A stretch of 44,320 nucleotides of DNA, filler included, from Catajapyx aquilonaris (lineage: Eukaryota), in NCBI GenBank assembly GCA_000934665.2. It is 2 parts of 2 records of this genome, joined end to end, with 100 filler letters (N's around TTAATTAATTAA, not from the genome) between each part and the next. Parts side by side here need not be neighbours in the genome. Positions count along the whole stretch, not along the records: positions 22,220 to 44,320 come from JYFJ02005921.1; 1 more part is not named here. The stretch is one strand, 5' to 3'. The notes below the pieces were generated by a model, which saw nothing but the letters and a program-made list of their open reading frames with translations, was not told the origin of the DNA and searched no databases. This document shows positions 22,964 to 35,840 of this stretch, one piece after another. The position numbers were made by a program, and so were the translations under genes. Positions within the stretch are counted from its first letter, which is position 1. Every line of letters begins with the position of its first letter.

Positions 22964-23565
22964 GAATGACCCAATATGGAAAGGGCATAAGTCCATGAGA
23001 CCTAATTTTACAGGGGAGACAAAAAACTGAAATGCGGCATTGTAAATTCGTCAAGGTCGTCGGACTCGCGGGAATGTTGATCTTAGTCGACATCAATTGG
23101 CATCATGTTGAGCAGAGTTCGGTGGAAAACGCGTCATGACAGATGCGTGAGAGCGATTTAAAGGGATGGGACTTACGTCCCTCTCATTCTGAAAGATGGC
23201 AGGATGAGAAAATCTGTGCCGTTCTGTCACATGATAACATAAGTAACACAAAATAACACACTCATTGATATAGGCAAACACTTTACTTCAACATTTTCCT
23301 GAATACATGTAGGTATTTACCGGATAATGACACGATGGACTAAGTGCCTTTTCATTCCGAAACAGCAATTTCAGCATGGAAAAGGTGTAAGTCCCCCTTT
23401 TCCATTCTGGAGGCAATTCTGACATGATCAAATATAGCATATGGGTGGGGAGTTTCGCTCCCTCTCCTACTGGAACTTATGCCCTCCATACTGAAGAGTA
23501 TCCTTCCGCGAAAAAGTCATTTTGACCAAAAGGTGGACTTATGCCCTTTCCATATTGGGTCATTC
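22964..23565. mobile_element. TIR element with 4-bp ATAT flanks, Sola-like
   Basis: Perfect 32-bp TIR GAATGACCCAATATGGAAAGGGCATAAGTCCA with ATAT on both sides. The superfamily is inferred only from TSD length and composition. Confidence 0.75.
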
Positions 23566-23577
23566 ATATCTATATGC

Positions 23578-23909
23578 CGGGGAGGCGGAGTGGTGCTGCG
23601 GTAACGTATGCGCCCACGGATGTTAAGGTCCCGGGTTCGATCCCAACCCGGGGACACCCCCTTCATCTCGTGCAGAGTTCAGGGTCACCTCTGGCTTCGT
23701 CTCGGGTGGTATTTCCACAGACTAAACCACCCGGGGGAGTTCACTAAAAATGGCCACCACGTCAGATGCACTGCACTTGCACATCCCCTCCTGTCATCCT
23801 GCCCGTGGGCCCGGGCGCTTCTCAATGGCTCCAACTTGTACACTATGTACGATCAAATAATAAAGGTCCGTGCCGAACTACCCCTACAATTAAAAAAATT
23901 TACAATTAT
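23578..23909 (+). mobile_element. tRNA-derived SINE, family B
   Basis: B box GGTTCGATCCC. Homologous to 34480-34850 (reverse). 12-bp TSD ATATCTATATGC (23566-23577 / 23910-23921). Confidence 0.87.
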
Positions 23910-25423
23910 ATATCTATATGCTACAGTTTAATTTACGAATTATGCACGTTTAGACATCAGAAACACTTAACAATTAAATATGATAGTTATAACCATGTAA
24001 TAAAATGATTAATTTTTAAATGTAGGTAATAATTATTATGTTTATTTAATATTTGAGATATTTAATGTTCTCAATCCACGGATAACAGTCGAGCTCACAC
24101 AGTATTGTATGTTACAACTCTCTTATTGTTAATTATGGTTTTTGTTGGATGTCTTCGTGTGCATAATTTGTAATAACTACTTAAATAACTACTTAAAATA
24201 AGCAGCTTAGTGCCAAGAAGTCATAACAATTGGACAAGTATTTTGCAGCAGCCTGTATCTGAATGTCTGCTGGTGATACATTACTGACGTATGTAACTAC
24301 CGGTATATGAAGTAATATGCATGTCCATGGAACTGCAAGTATACGAGGCCCCAATAATATGATGGGTAGAGGCGGGTCAATCGGATGGTCTCCTAGGTCG
24401 CCCCACTTGACCCCCAACAATTTTTTCTCTCTCCAGTGCTGGGCCATGTAAACAACATTGCCTATTAGGTCAAGATCAGCAGCTGACACCTTGCATAATA
24501 AGAGAGGATAATTATGGCTATGGCAACACCCAACATGCTGCAAAACACATAATTATATTAAGGTACCTGTTTATTTTGTCGAACTAATGGATATAGGATC
24601 GCCACGTTAAAAAGTACGTTGGAAAAATATGTCGATAAAATTTTCTTTGTAAGGACGTAATACCTATGCGTGAATGTGTTTTTGTATGATAAATCCATTT
24701 GAGTTACCTCGTATGAAGTTTAGGCTTTAAAAAAAATTTGAGTTCAAGGTCCCACAAGTACCTGGGAGATTTGAATTGGTGTGTAGGCCTATTTGATGAA
24801 ATTGAACTGGAACGACCCCCGGGCAATGCGATTTATGTCCAACACTGTACCAGAGACAATTTCGCCCCCCATTTGCCGCCCCTAAAAATTGGCCGCTCTA
24901 GGCAGTTGCCTACTTTGCCTATTGGGAAATCCGGGCCTTATTAATACATCATGAATCATCATCATCATCATATACATCGCATAACGAGAGAGAGAGGGGG
25001 GGGGGTGCTTGCTACCCTCACATGACCATTATAAAAATTCTGGAGACTCGCAGAAAGGGGGAAAGGGGAGGGGATACAAATCATACAGTGCCGACATCTG
25101 GAATTTCATCTGGATTCCTAATAATTGAATTATTGAAGACACCTGAGTTCCCTGTGGTGTGGTGGCCAGTCCCCAGCCGCAGCCGGTTTTACTTGTGGCC
25201 TCTCGTCCAAATGCGTGCCACGAGAGGAGGCCGACACGTTGCTGAAGAAACTCGCCAATTATTTGCGTATAGGACTAACAGTAAGTTATATCAGAACCCG
25301 ATGTCCGTGCCAAATGCTATTGAGTCCCAGTACAAGGGAGCTCAAAGTGTGGCACCCCCAATACCACCACCCCACATCCCGCCAACGAACAACATGCTCC
25401 CGAGTCCTTTAAAAAAAATTATA

Positions 25424-25695
25424 TCACCGGAATCAAGGATTACTAGGAAATAGGGTAAGGGTTGGGGATTTGGGGAGGGGACACATGTGCAGGTGCATTG
25501 TCCAGCGGTGGGCCAGGTGCAGTCCCCCAGGAGGTCAGGTTGCCAAGACGCCTCCTTAGGCGCGGGTCACGACCCATTGACGCAAGCGAAAGGTTTGTTC
25601 CCGGGTGGGGATTTGAACCAGGGCCACCTGTTTGAACCCGGGACCTTTCGCATAGCAAGCCGAGACGTTACCATCTCGGCCACCGTGCCTCCCCC
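25424..25695 (-). mobile_element. tRNA-derived SINE, family A (subtype A2), 3'-truncated, with a duplicated B box
   Basis: Near-identical reverse complement of 26681-26930, plus an insertion of about 20 bp that repeats GGTTCAAA. Confidence 0.87.
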
Positions 25696-25696
25696 T

Positions 25697-26007
25697 TAAA
25701 ATAAATAAATAAATAAATAAATAAAAGCTTGTGGGTAGTGCTTTTGACCCCTTGGGTACAAGCACGGACTTTTATTTTAGCCATTAGTACATTCGTACAT
25801 AGCGGGACCTTTCGCGAAACGCCCGGGCCCACGGGCAGGGTGACAGGAGGGGATGTGCAATGTGCAGTGCAAAGTTTCTAACATGGTACGTAGTTTGTAA
25901 ACTCCCCGGGGTGGATATGTCTAGCGGATATTCCACTCGAGACGAAGCCAGAGACGACCCAACTCTGCACGAGATGAAGGGGGGAGACCCCGGGCTGGGA
26001 TCGATCC
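25697..26007 (-). mobile_element. SINE family B, 5'-truncated, with (TTTA)n tail abutting the head of an A2 SINE
   Basis: Homology to family B from the B box (TCGATCCC) through CTCGTGCAGAGTT, GCCCGTGGGCCCGGGCG and AAAGTCCGTGC. Confidence 0.78.
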
Positions 26008-26680
26008 CGCTTGCTCCCGAGTCAAAGATGAGCGGTATCCCCTAGAAAAGGAACAAGCAAAGCTTAAGGAACAAGCAGACCTGAGGCACTAAGACTGCAC
26101 TGCAGCTGCCTTCAGAGTTTAGATAATATTTTAACCTGTACATTTAATGTTGCTCTCCTTTCGTGGCAATTAACCTAGATATGCCCAGCGTCCCCTAGAG
26201 GGGACATTTGCACAGTTGTTACATTTTAATTTTTTGCGCAGGTTCTTCTGCTGCTAACGAGCTGGCAGAGTGGCAGTAGTCACGTGTGCTTCAGCAGAGT
26301 CCCAGCTAACGGTACATGTTCAAATAAACCTGCTCAATATTGCTTCAGATTTTTAAGATACAGGTGTTTGACTTTTAACGCAGGAAATAATGGCTGCACC
26401 TTCGTGTTCCGAACGTGATAAGTAATTAATTTTCGAATGTTGACTAGTGTTATGAGTTATTTATTGTTTGTAATACTTAGAAAACTTATGAATGATGATG
26501 TAGATGGGGAAATATAGGCATATTTTTTACTTTCCTTGTCTGAGAGTAGTGTTGAAATCTGGTGTCCCCTCTGGGGAACGCAAGAGGCAAATGCACCCAC
26601 ATTTGGACAAGTAAAGTTATGTGTGTGGATTTTGTGCGCTTTGTTGAACTGTATTTTAATGAATCCATATAATTAGAACG

Positions 26681-27036
26681 GGGGGAGGCACGGTGGCCGA
26701 GATGGTAACGTCTCGGCTTGCTATGCGAAAGGTCCCGGGTTCAAATCCCCACCCGGGAACAAACCTTTCGCTTGCGTCAATGGGTCGTGACCCGCGCCTA
26801 AGGAGGCGTCTATTGGCAACCTCTCCTGGGGGACTGCACCTGGCCCACCGCTGGACAATGCACCTGCACATGTGTCCCCTCCCCAACTCCCCAACCCTTA
26901 CTCTATTTCCTAGTAATCCTTGCACCGGTGATTCGAAGAAAAACTAATTAGAAAACTGTATGGTGGTCTGCCACCCCCCTAAAGCGGCCTAGGGTTGCAT
27001 CACGGGGTAAATAAAATAAAAAATAAATATAATATA
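26681..27036 (+). mobile_element. tRNA-derived SINE, family A (A2), full length
   Basis: A and B boxes, tail ATCACGGGGTAA plus an A-rich tract, and a perfect 14-bp TSD ATATAATTAGAACG (26667-26680 / 27037-27050). Confidence 0.92.
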
Positions 27037-27757
27037 ATATAATTAGAACGAGATTACATGGCAACCGTGGCAACAACGCATGATTGTTGTTGATTGTGAT
27101 TAAATTACAACCCCTTCTTTGCGCAGCCTGTTTCCTTGGAAATGCAATCAACAACTATTATAGCCATGCTACGTTACATTTTCCCTATGCATTTTCCTAG
27201 CATCACATAATATTATAGGGAACGGCCATTTTCTCGTAAACAATAAGCATTCATAAAAATGTTTTATCTCGATTTTTGTGTTTTTGGAACTAATATGAGA
27301 GCTTGTATGAACTAATAGAAACAAAGAAAGTTCAAAATTTCAACAAAAACTTTTCCGGGCATATCTGGGTTAATAAAACAGAAAAAGAATATTAATAATA
27401 TTATTGTCACAAGTTTCTTGACATTGTTACACTTAAGTACACTAATTCTTTTCAGAAAATGTAAGATGTAGATAAGGAAGATGGGACATCTTCAGTCATC
27501 TACATCTTACATTTTCGGTGACGGATAATCGGGGTTCGACTGTATTTTGAAAATTTTCTTTGCGTGTGGAACTTGATCTTATGATGATAATGGAGCCATG
27601 AGTGATGCACATGTGAATTCGATTTCTTCCTATCAGCTTTCATTTGCGTCCATTGATGTCTAACTTATTCATCGGTCCAAAAAAGGTCAAAATCACTTGG
27701 TGCAAGGTCATGACTATGATGAATGCCAGTTGGTTTCCTGGTCTCTGATCTGAGGTC

Positions 27758-27888
27758 CTAGGTAGCACAGAAATATCGGCCCAATCTACAGTAGGTAGAA
27801 CGGCTGAGGCAATATCGTCACCCAATATTGTACGATATTGGCTCAGCCGTTCTACCTAGATTGGGCCGATATTTCTGTGCTACCTGGG
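27758..27888. repeat. Short palindromic MITE-like element
   Basis: AGGTAGCACAGAAATATCGGCCCAATCTA[CAGTA]GGTAGAACGGCTGAG is mirrored on the right arm without the bracketed 5 nt. Confidence 0.85.
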
Positions 27889-29385
27889 GTATAACGACTG
27901 ACCACACTCTGATCCTTAATGGTGGACACGGTTACACGCTTTTCAGTGTATCGTGGGCATACAAGTGAATTCCATTGTCCAAATAACCAATAGCGAGATA
28001 ATCGAAGGCGAAAGCTAAGTGAAGACAGAAAATTCAGGCTTTCAGGCTCATTATAAACCTTTAGGACTATAAATGGACTTCACCTGATGGTGGTATGGCA
28101 TTTAAAATGCTACTTAGTGGTACAAACTCAAAATCGCCAAAATTGGACTGAATATATATTTCACTTGTAGTGTCTACTGCATGTCTATGATCACGATATC
28201 GTACATCATGATACCACTCAAATGTTGAACGTGAGGTCACAAGGTCGAGCGGAAGAGAGATCGAACGAGATTTTTATCGATGAGGATGTGAGCTAACTTA
28301 CGAAATATACAGTACCGGTACGTTATAACGGAAGGTAAAGTAGGCCTACTCAATAAAAATATTCAATTTTTGAAAGACAGTAGAAGTGATCATATTATTT
28401 GTTATGTGGCCTGAAATGAGAGTGTCTCGAGGGCATAACGAGTGCAGAGTGTTAGGCCACTTGGGTGCATGCTCCCAAATCAGCTTATGATAAACTCGAC
28501 CGTTAGTCTGGATGAATCGGACAGTGATCTCAAAGAGACGCTTACTTGTTTAATAGGCGGGTGGCTGTCACGTGTGTTGCGTACACATTGCATGAGCTAA
28601 ACAATAGCGTAACATCGTGCAATACTTTTTGTTACTCAGTCCCTTGTAGTCTGTAGTAAATATGGTATAGGTACCAAAGCAAGTATGATCATTTTTCTAC
28701 ATTATAAACTTACCTATTACTTAATTACTGGATTACTTTTATGGTTGGTAAGTTCAAACCTTCTCGTTCAACGAGGTAAATAATTTTAATTAGTTATTCG
28801 GAAAATTAGTATTTTTCCAAACATTTTACACTACCCCTGCAGATGGTCTAAATAGGTACCCGGGATCATTAGTATAAACCTTGTCACTCCGATTGTTTAT
28901 TGGAATGTTTTAAACTGCATTAATTCAGTGCTCATGCTCATAACATTGCATTTGATTATCTTATTATATGTGTACTTGGTTTAACTAAAATTATCTCAGA
29001 GGTCATGACTAGTGCCGTCAACGTCCGATATTTTTTTCCAAACGCGATAGGCCACTTAGAAGGACCAGAAAATTATATGCCACAGTGGGGTCAATAAATT
29101 ACTGAAGGTAACCACCCGTCACATAGATTTATGATGAAATTTATAGTAGGCGAGAAACAGAAAAACTGTCATGGAGCCTGGCCTTATTTGGGCCCTGCAG
29201 CTTATTATCAATAAGCATTAACTTTTTTGACACTTTAATATGAAGTTCTATATACAGTACCAAAGACCATGTTTGTCGTAACTGGCAATGACGTAGGGTA
29301 GGTCTGCGGGTTAAGGACAGGTCCTTTAGGCTATATTATAATGTGTATTGGTGTATTACACAATTTGCATCTGTGTTGAGAGTGA

Positions 29386-29570
29386 GGGCGGAATTGTGGT
29401 GTATAGTGGTTAACGCCACGGTCTTCTATCTGAGGTCCTCAGTTCGAATCCGGGATCGAACTGGGAGTGTTTTATGTCGAATGAGTCCCAATGGGATTTC
29501 TTCATGCTCGCGTGGGTCTTCACGGGGTTCTCCCGTTTATAAGAGACCGCAGGCCTATAACGGGACAGCC

Positions 29571-29640
<70 letters not shown>
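29386..29640 (+). mobile_element. tRNA-derived SINE with (TAT)n tail
   Basis: A-box-like TGGTGTATAGTGG, B box AGTTCGAATCC, a body of about 110 bp, then a (TAT)n tract at 29571-29640. Confidence 0.7.
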
Positions 29641-29643
<3 letters not shown>

Positions 29644-31440
29644 GAAATTAAACTATTAGATAAGACCATAGCCTATAGTGTCTGCGAGGTATGGTGTTGC
29701 AAGGTGAGTTTGGCGATTTTGCAATCAGTTGTATATAGAAAAAGCTTATCTTAAGTTGTAACATACCTTTTGCACCTATATGTGGACTTACGACTTGCAA
29801 AAAAATTATTGGAATTTGTACCATAGACTACGGTACTCTAATTGTAATACTGAATTTTTCATCTCAATCATTATTACCAGTGTGACCTACAATCCTTCAT
29901 ATACCACGTAATTTAACACAGCCCTACTTGTGAATCGTTAATATTATGCTTACGTAACATCTATAAGTTACACGGGTGATTTGAGGCGGATTACGAATTA
30001 ATCTCAGAGGAGGAAGAACCAATACAAGCATCGGCAATAGTATGTCATCATATAGTATTTTTACTAAAGAAAGTGTAATTTATACAGTATTGGAGCGGCC
30101 AACTCGATCAGTACTATACGCTGTGGTAGCTTCCTGCGATAAGTTACAGCATTATCTTGTTGACACTTTTATAAAGTCTAGCAGATAATCGCGCACGTGT
30201 CTGACGTCCACATGCATGATGCTGTGTCACATGGTCACACCCACCCACGTATCCTCTCACAGCGTCCCTAGCACATGTCCCCCAGCACACCCGCGATACC
30301 ACTTCCAAAGGTCAGCAAAAAATAGGCTATATGTGGTTTATATACAGTTACGACATTGGCAAGTAGCAGCCTCTAGCCATCATTGATGAAAGTGTTCCTG
30401 CTTCATCTGGAAGCACGTGTGATAGGCAAGGAGAGCACGTGGGTGGGAAATGCAGTAGCCTACATAGAAGTCATTGGACGGGTCTCTGACTTGGCATATC
30501 TTTTTTTTTTTTGTAGTATTTGCGATACTGGATTTCTTTTGTTGTCACTTTATTATTAGGTCAATGAGCGAGCTAGAGAAGTGTGTAAAGTTGCAAGTAT
30601 TACAGAACTAATATCTTTGCGATTGATGAGATGTTTCGATCAGGGTAAACTTTGTCCTGAGGAACATTTTGCGAGGGAATGGTAGCCTACCAGGCGAACC
30701 GGATCCGTGCGGTTTGCATCTGGACTGATAGTACAGGATAGCACACAGATAGCATGGGCTAAACTTTCTATTTCGGCCGTTCATGCGAGGTCCTTGTCAT
30801 GTAGCCTATATGCCAACAGCTGGTATATAGGCTAATGGCATTGAACCACTTGTTTGTAATGCCAATACCGTCTGGTTGGCAAGTCGTTTCTGCAGATGAC
30901 GTGATGCTTCAACAAATTTCGAAATACGAATTGCATTACAATGACGCTAAGCATATACCCAACCAACTCGACAAAATATATACATCATACGTACGATACG
31001 ACCCTAACAGGAATACGTTGTAATCAGAAACATCGAGATAAAATAATCTTGTGTGGCAATCGCATAGTTGGTCGAGTGGAAGCGAAAATTCTTTTTTATC
31101 TTGGCCGATTTGAAACATTGTGTTACGTTGTCAAATATTGGTTGTAAAATGCGATTGTGAAGGAAACGCATATCCCAAAAATGATCGAGGAAGACCTGTC
31201 CATTGGAGTATCTTTGGGGGGGGGGGATATTCATTTACATTCAGAACCGTAATCTGTAGCTGCGATAAACAAAGCGAGATAAGTCTTTCCTCAGATATAA
31301 TAAGGGGTGTCGTGTATTCAGTATTTACCAAATGAGGGTGGGTGTGTTGCGTATATCCGCCTGCGAAGTCGGCCGTACCCGTTATCTGCGAGGGCTTCCT
31401 AGTCGACTACAAGCACTGAAGCAGAGTACTGCTTCAATTG

Positions 31441-31501
31441 TCATTCAACAACTCTTTGCTCTCTTCTAATGGCTACTCTCCTCAGGTAGCACAAGGTAAG
31501 C
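31441..31501 (+). promoter_or_regulatory. Candidate TSS and non-coding first exon for the SLC37 gene
   Basis: TCATTC (arthropod Inr consensus TCAKTY) at 31441 lies after a CpG-rich stretch and is followed by a strong donor AAG|GTAAGC at about 31495. The ATG-containing exon has its own acceptor (gttacag|41602), suggesting an upstream 5' UTR exon. Confidence 0.4.
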
Positions 31502-34477
31502 AGTATACTACATTACTTTGACCTATAATGATACGATACTCGTAGTATCCTAATGCAATGCACATCATACGCTATTATTTTGATCCGAACATGTAAACTT
31601 CGTCAATAATTGCCATGTGAGAAGGGAATAGTTAATTATTTGTGAGATATCTCCAGAGAGATCATTCGCGCCTATTAGTCATACAGATAAATAATGCACG
31701 AAAGGTACGACGTTTTTCTGGTACTGTAGTATAGCCTGCATTTGAATGTCAGGGAGTCAGACAGCAAACACGTGTTGCTCTACAAAAGCGGGTCACGTGC
31801 TTTGATGGTTCATAATTATTCTACTCGTATTTTAGTTATTTTATTCCTTCACTGCGCTATATTGTATAGAACATCTGTAGCTTCTCTACATCTGGTGAGC
31901 TTGTTGAATGCTGACAAGGCTCTGAACCGAAGTGAATTCTCACAGAATCGCATGACGCTGAAGAGGTAAGATAATGTGAGCTAAAAATACAGTTAAATAT
32001 ATTAACAGTATTTATTTGAGCACAATTTTAAGTTCTAAACTGGGCTAATTACACTAGCGTGAAGTTGCAGAGCAGGCTGGGCAGAAAATGATCGCAAATG
32101 GCTGTTTTTCTTTCATATCCCTACATGTTGGTCTATAGATTATGCCTTATGGCATCACAGTCAGAGAAAGATATATAGCCTTATTGGTGTATATGCTAGG
32201 AATCATTATGCCGATGCTATAGCTCATTTATCTTGTTATAACATTCTTCGTTATATCATCCAACAGTGATTCATTCCGTGGTTCATCGCCGAAAGGTTAT
32301 GACCGACGTCAAATAATTCTTCCGGCTACACCTACACACACTATTTACACGTGTTGCAGCCCAGGTATATAGGCCTAACTTATATAGAGTGACAGCTTGT
32401 CGTGTGCTGCCTGCTGCCAAGTGAAAAGGCGATTATTTTTGTGCCCATCACACATGGAAATGAAACACTTGCAGCACAGCATATACTTCTAGCGCAAAGG
32501 TCCATATTTTTCTGTAATTTTCGGTAAAAAAAACTACTTTTAAATTATCCCACGTGCAAGGGCTCCTTTGTGTGCCTGTGGTCCAATAGAAGGTGAAATG
32601 AATTTGCGTATGATAGTGTAGTTCATAAATTATGCATCTGAATGCCATTTTTGTGGCTATATTAAATTAACCCTTTCCTTCCACCTCCTTATACCCTTGC
32701 TGTGATAATATCCGAAGGTTTTTTAACTAACTTAACTTACATTTTTTTTGTTTGGAAAAGCATGTCTGCGTATCGCATAATTTCGCGCATGTTTAATGCG
32801 ATAGGCTCTATTCATACTCATATGTTTCACTTGCGCTTACCTTTGGAACACTGATAAAATTTTCTCTGATATCATATGGTGACAGAGGTAAAAGGGCATC
32901 CGTTGGTCTTCCCCAGCAATACCAAATACTCAATATTGTGCCTAGTGTACTGCAGCTAAAAATGATGTGTGTTTCTCTCAAGTAAGGCATGATATAATAC
33001 AATGACCATAACCTTTTATACTGTATTAATGTTGGGAAAGAACTATACTGTATAGTTTTGGCACTCATTAGATAAAAATCGGCCTGTGTCAAGGCAATTA
33101 TGTAACCAATCGCATATCTTGACGACAAGCAATATCTCATATATAGCCTACTGTGTAGGCCTATACAGCCGGATGTAGTCCATATAATTTAAGTTACTTA
33201 ACAATTTTGTAACATCGACTCTGACTGCTGTTTTAACAGCAGCATTACAAAATAAGCAACGTTGCATTTTAGGAAGGAAATATTATTTGCATGTACACTT
33301 CTTAACATGTCACTTTTAATGTTGAACTTAGTATATTGTTAAGTACCGGTACCTTTTCATAGTCAGTTATATTCTCAATGAAGCTGCGGTCATTTCACTA
33401 TATATCTATGAGCACATCAGTGGCATACACAGGCTGTTGTGTTGGCTCGAACTTTTCATAGGCCTGCACGCTACGTCTCCGTAATTCTCTGAACATCCTG
33501 AGATATGAAAGGAGGTGTAAACAGCACCGTGATTGAAAAAATAATCCGGCTCCGACTATAATTTATTGGCCCTCCTTTATTGGCGTGGGTAACTTAGATT
33601 TATCGGCTATGCAGGAGCCAGGAGGAATGGACCATCTGTATGTAGCACGGACTTACCTAACGTGCATAACGTGTTTAGACTGCAATGTGTACCAGTACCG
33701 TTCAACGTTCATAAAGAATGGTACGACTCTATATGGACGAAATGTTTATCCTGTTCTCAACCCCTTGGTCGCCAGCATGTTTTTACGGGTCATGAGGAAG
33801 TCCGAGAAAAGGGAATCAAAATAAAATAAAAGAGAGAGAGAAAAAACAAAGCAAAGCAGGAAAATTTTAGGGGGGAAATTCACATCAAATCTACGTAAGC
33901 ATTGCACCTGGTTCCACATTTTGGTAATTAAAATTTTTATTTAAAAATCGGGATGGGTCACATACGGGTCACCAGAGGTCCAGAAAAGCGCGTTATCCAC
34001 AGGGTTTCGTCGAAATGTGGTTGGGAATATTGCTGGATAATTGGGATAAACATTTCGTCCATATAGAGTCGTATACCATTCTTTATGAACGAGACTCACG
34101 ATGTACAGTACGTATCATTAGTATAGTAGCCTACATAGTAGTACACTACATATACACGATAGTATGTAGGATCCTAATGTCGAGGGTTGGAACAAAAATA
34201 AATAAAATTAAAAAATGCCTACACTCTCGGATCAAATGCCTCGATTTTGTCATCAGAGTCTGTTCTACAAAGATACAGATTTCCCTTTCACAGAATTTTC
34301 TTTGAAATATGTTCAAATTATGTGATTATCGCGTGGTGGAGCATAATTATTATACGTATGTTGTAAAACTGACACTTAGGAAAAACATTGCCTCGAGATG
34401 TTCCACATCAAACGAATTTATTCCATGAATTTCCTGGTTCATAATTTCCAGACTACTGAAAAGGTACTGTGTTCATC

Positions 34478-34479
<2 letters not shown>

Positions 34480-34522
<43 letters not shown>

Positions 34523-34850
34523 TATTGTTGGGTTAGTGCTCACCCAGAGGGTATTTGCACGGACCTTTATTTCAATCGACGAAGTATACATGGTGCCATA
34601 TTCGAAGCGCCCGGGCCCACGGGCGGGATGACAGGAGGGGATGTGCAAGTGCAGTGCAGTAACGGTGCTTGGTCGTTTTTGTGAACTCCCCCGGGTGGTT
34701 TAGTCTGTGGATATACCCACCCGAGACGAAGCCAGAGACGACCCCAGAACTCTGCACGAGATGAAGCGGGTGTCCCCGGGTTGGGATCGAACCCGGGACC
34801 TTAACATCCGTGGGCGCGCACGTTACCGCGGCGCCACTCCGTCTCCCCCT
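34480..34850 (-). mobile_element. tRNA-derived SINE, family B, with (TAT)n tail
   Basis: Reverse copy of the 23578 element. Perfect 15-bp TSD TACTGTGTTCATCAA (34465-34479 / 34851-34865). Confidence 0.9.
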
Positions 34851-35774
34851 TACTGTGTTCATCAACAACGCATATATCTAAATTCTTACATTTTGATATA
34901 ACCTATGATGTTTTCATAGTTCGAAGCACCTCAGTTATAGAAATGATTTTGCGTTTTAAATGATACTGTACCAGTATGTCAATTAGGTTATATGCCTACA
35001 ACAACACGTTGAAGTATGCATTAATATCGTACCGTATATAATTATTTATTAATTACCAGAGAATTGCAGGAGGAAAACACGGTATTATAATACTGAAATC
35101 CATAAACAATACTGGTTATTACGATTCTATTGAGAGTTGGATGTGATACATATGAAGATTATGCCTATACCTTGCACTTCAAAAATGTGCTAGGCACGTC
35201 ATTTTGCTGAGATAGTCTATATGCATTTTTGTGATGCGGCACACCTTTGGATTAGCAAGCGTTTCACACTTATAACACCGCGATGTATCATTGACGCTAT
35301 CAAATGTGTCAGCTGGTCTTTCTTTATATCAGTACCCTATACATATCTACAGTTAGTAGGCCTAGTCTATATGTTTCCTCAAGACAGAATAAGAAACAGT
35401 GGGCGGCAGTGAATTCAAACAATTGTATCGGAAAAAAAACCGACATCTCGGCTCTGTTTCCCAAATATTCTGATTGCTAATCACTTCACCAGGAATGCAA
35501 AATAGTTGAGCCGAGAGTAGATCTAATTATTAAACCCACATGTATCTACATGAGCAGATTATACCTATACATACGTAGCAAGATGGGAGTGGAAGCAGGC
35601 GGGGTGGGGTTATAGGTGGGTTATCTTATAAGGAAGAATCATAGGCTATATGTCGGCTAGTCTGGTCTCACCTTTCTTTATGCAATAAAATCGCTGCTTC
35701 CCCAACTCTGTCACTTGGAAGATAAAAATTAACTGCAGTTCACATTCAAGCATGTAAGTAAGAACTTCACCATT

Positions 35775-35777
<3 letters not shown>

Positions 35778-35839
<62 letters not shown>
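35778..35839. repeat. (AAT)n microsatellite
   Basis: Direct reading. Confidence 0.95.

Positions 35840-35840
<1 letters not shown>

Noticed and set aside
23670..23745. HDV-like ribozyme in the SINE B or SINE A body
   Set aside because: Motif fragments (GGCAAC, CTAA, CCTCCT) occur, but I could not build the P1/P2/P3 nested pseudoknot with correct spacing; simple hairpins explain the pattern.
29343..29754. Poly-Y and poly-I ORFs (also at 34398-34684 and 35646-35846)
   Set aside because: These are translations of (TAT)n/(AAT)n microsatellites.
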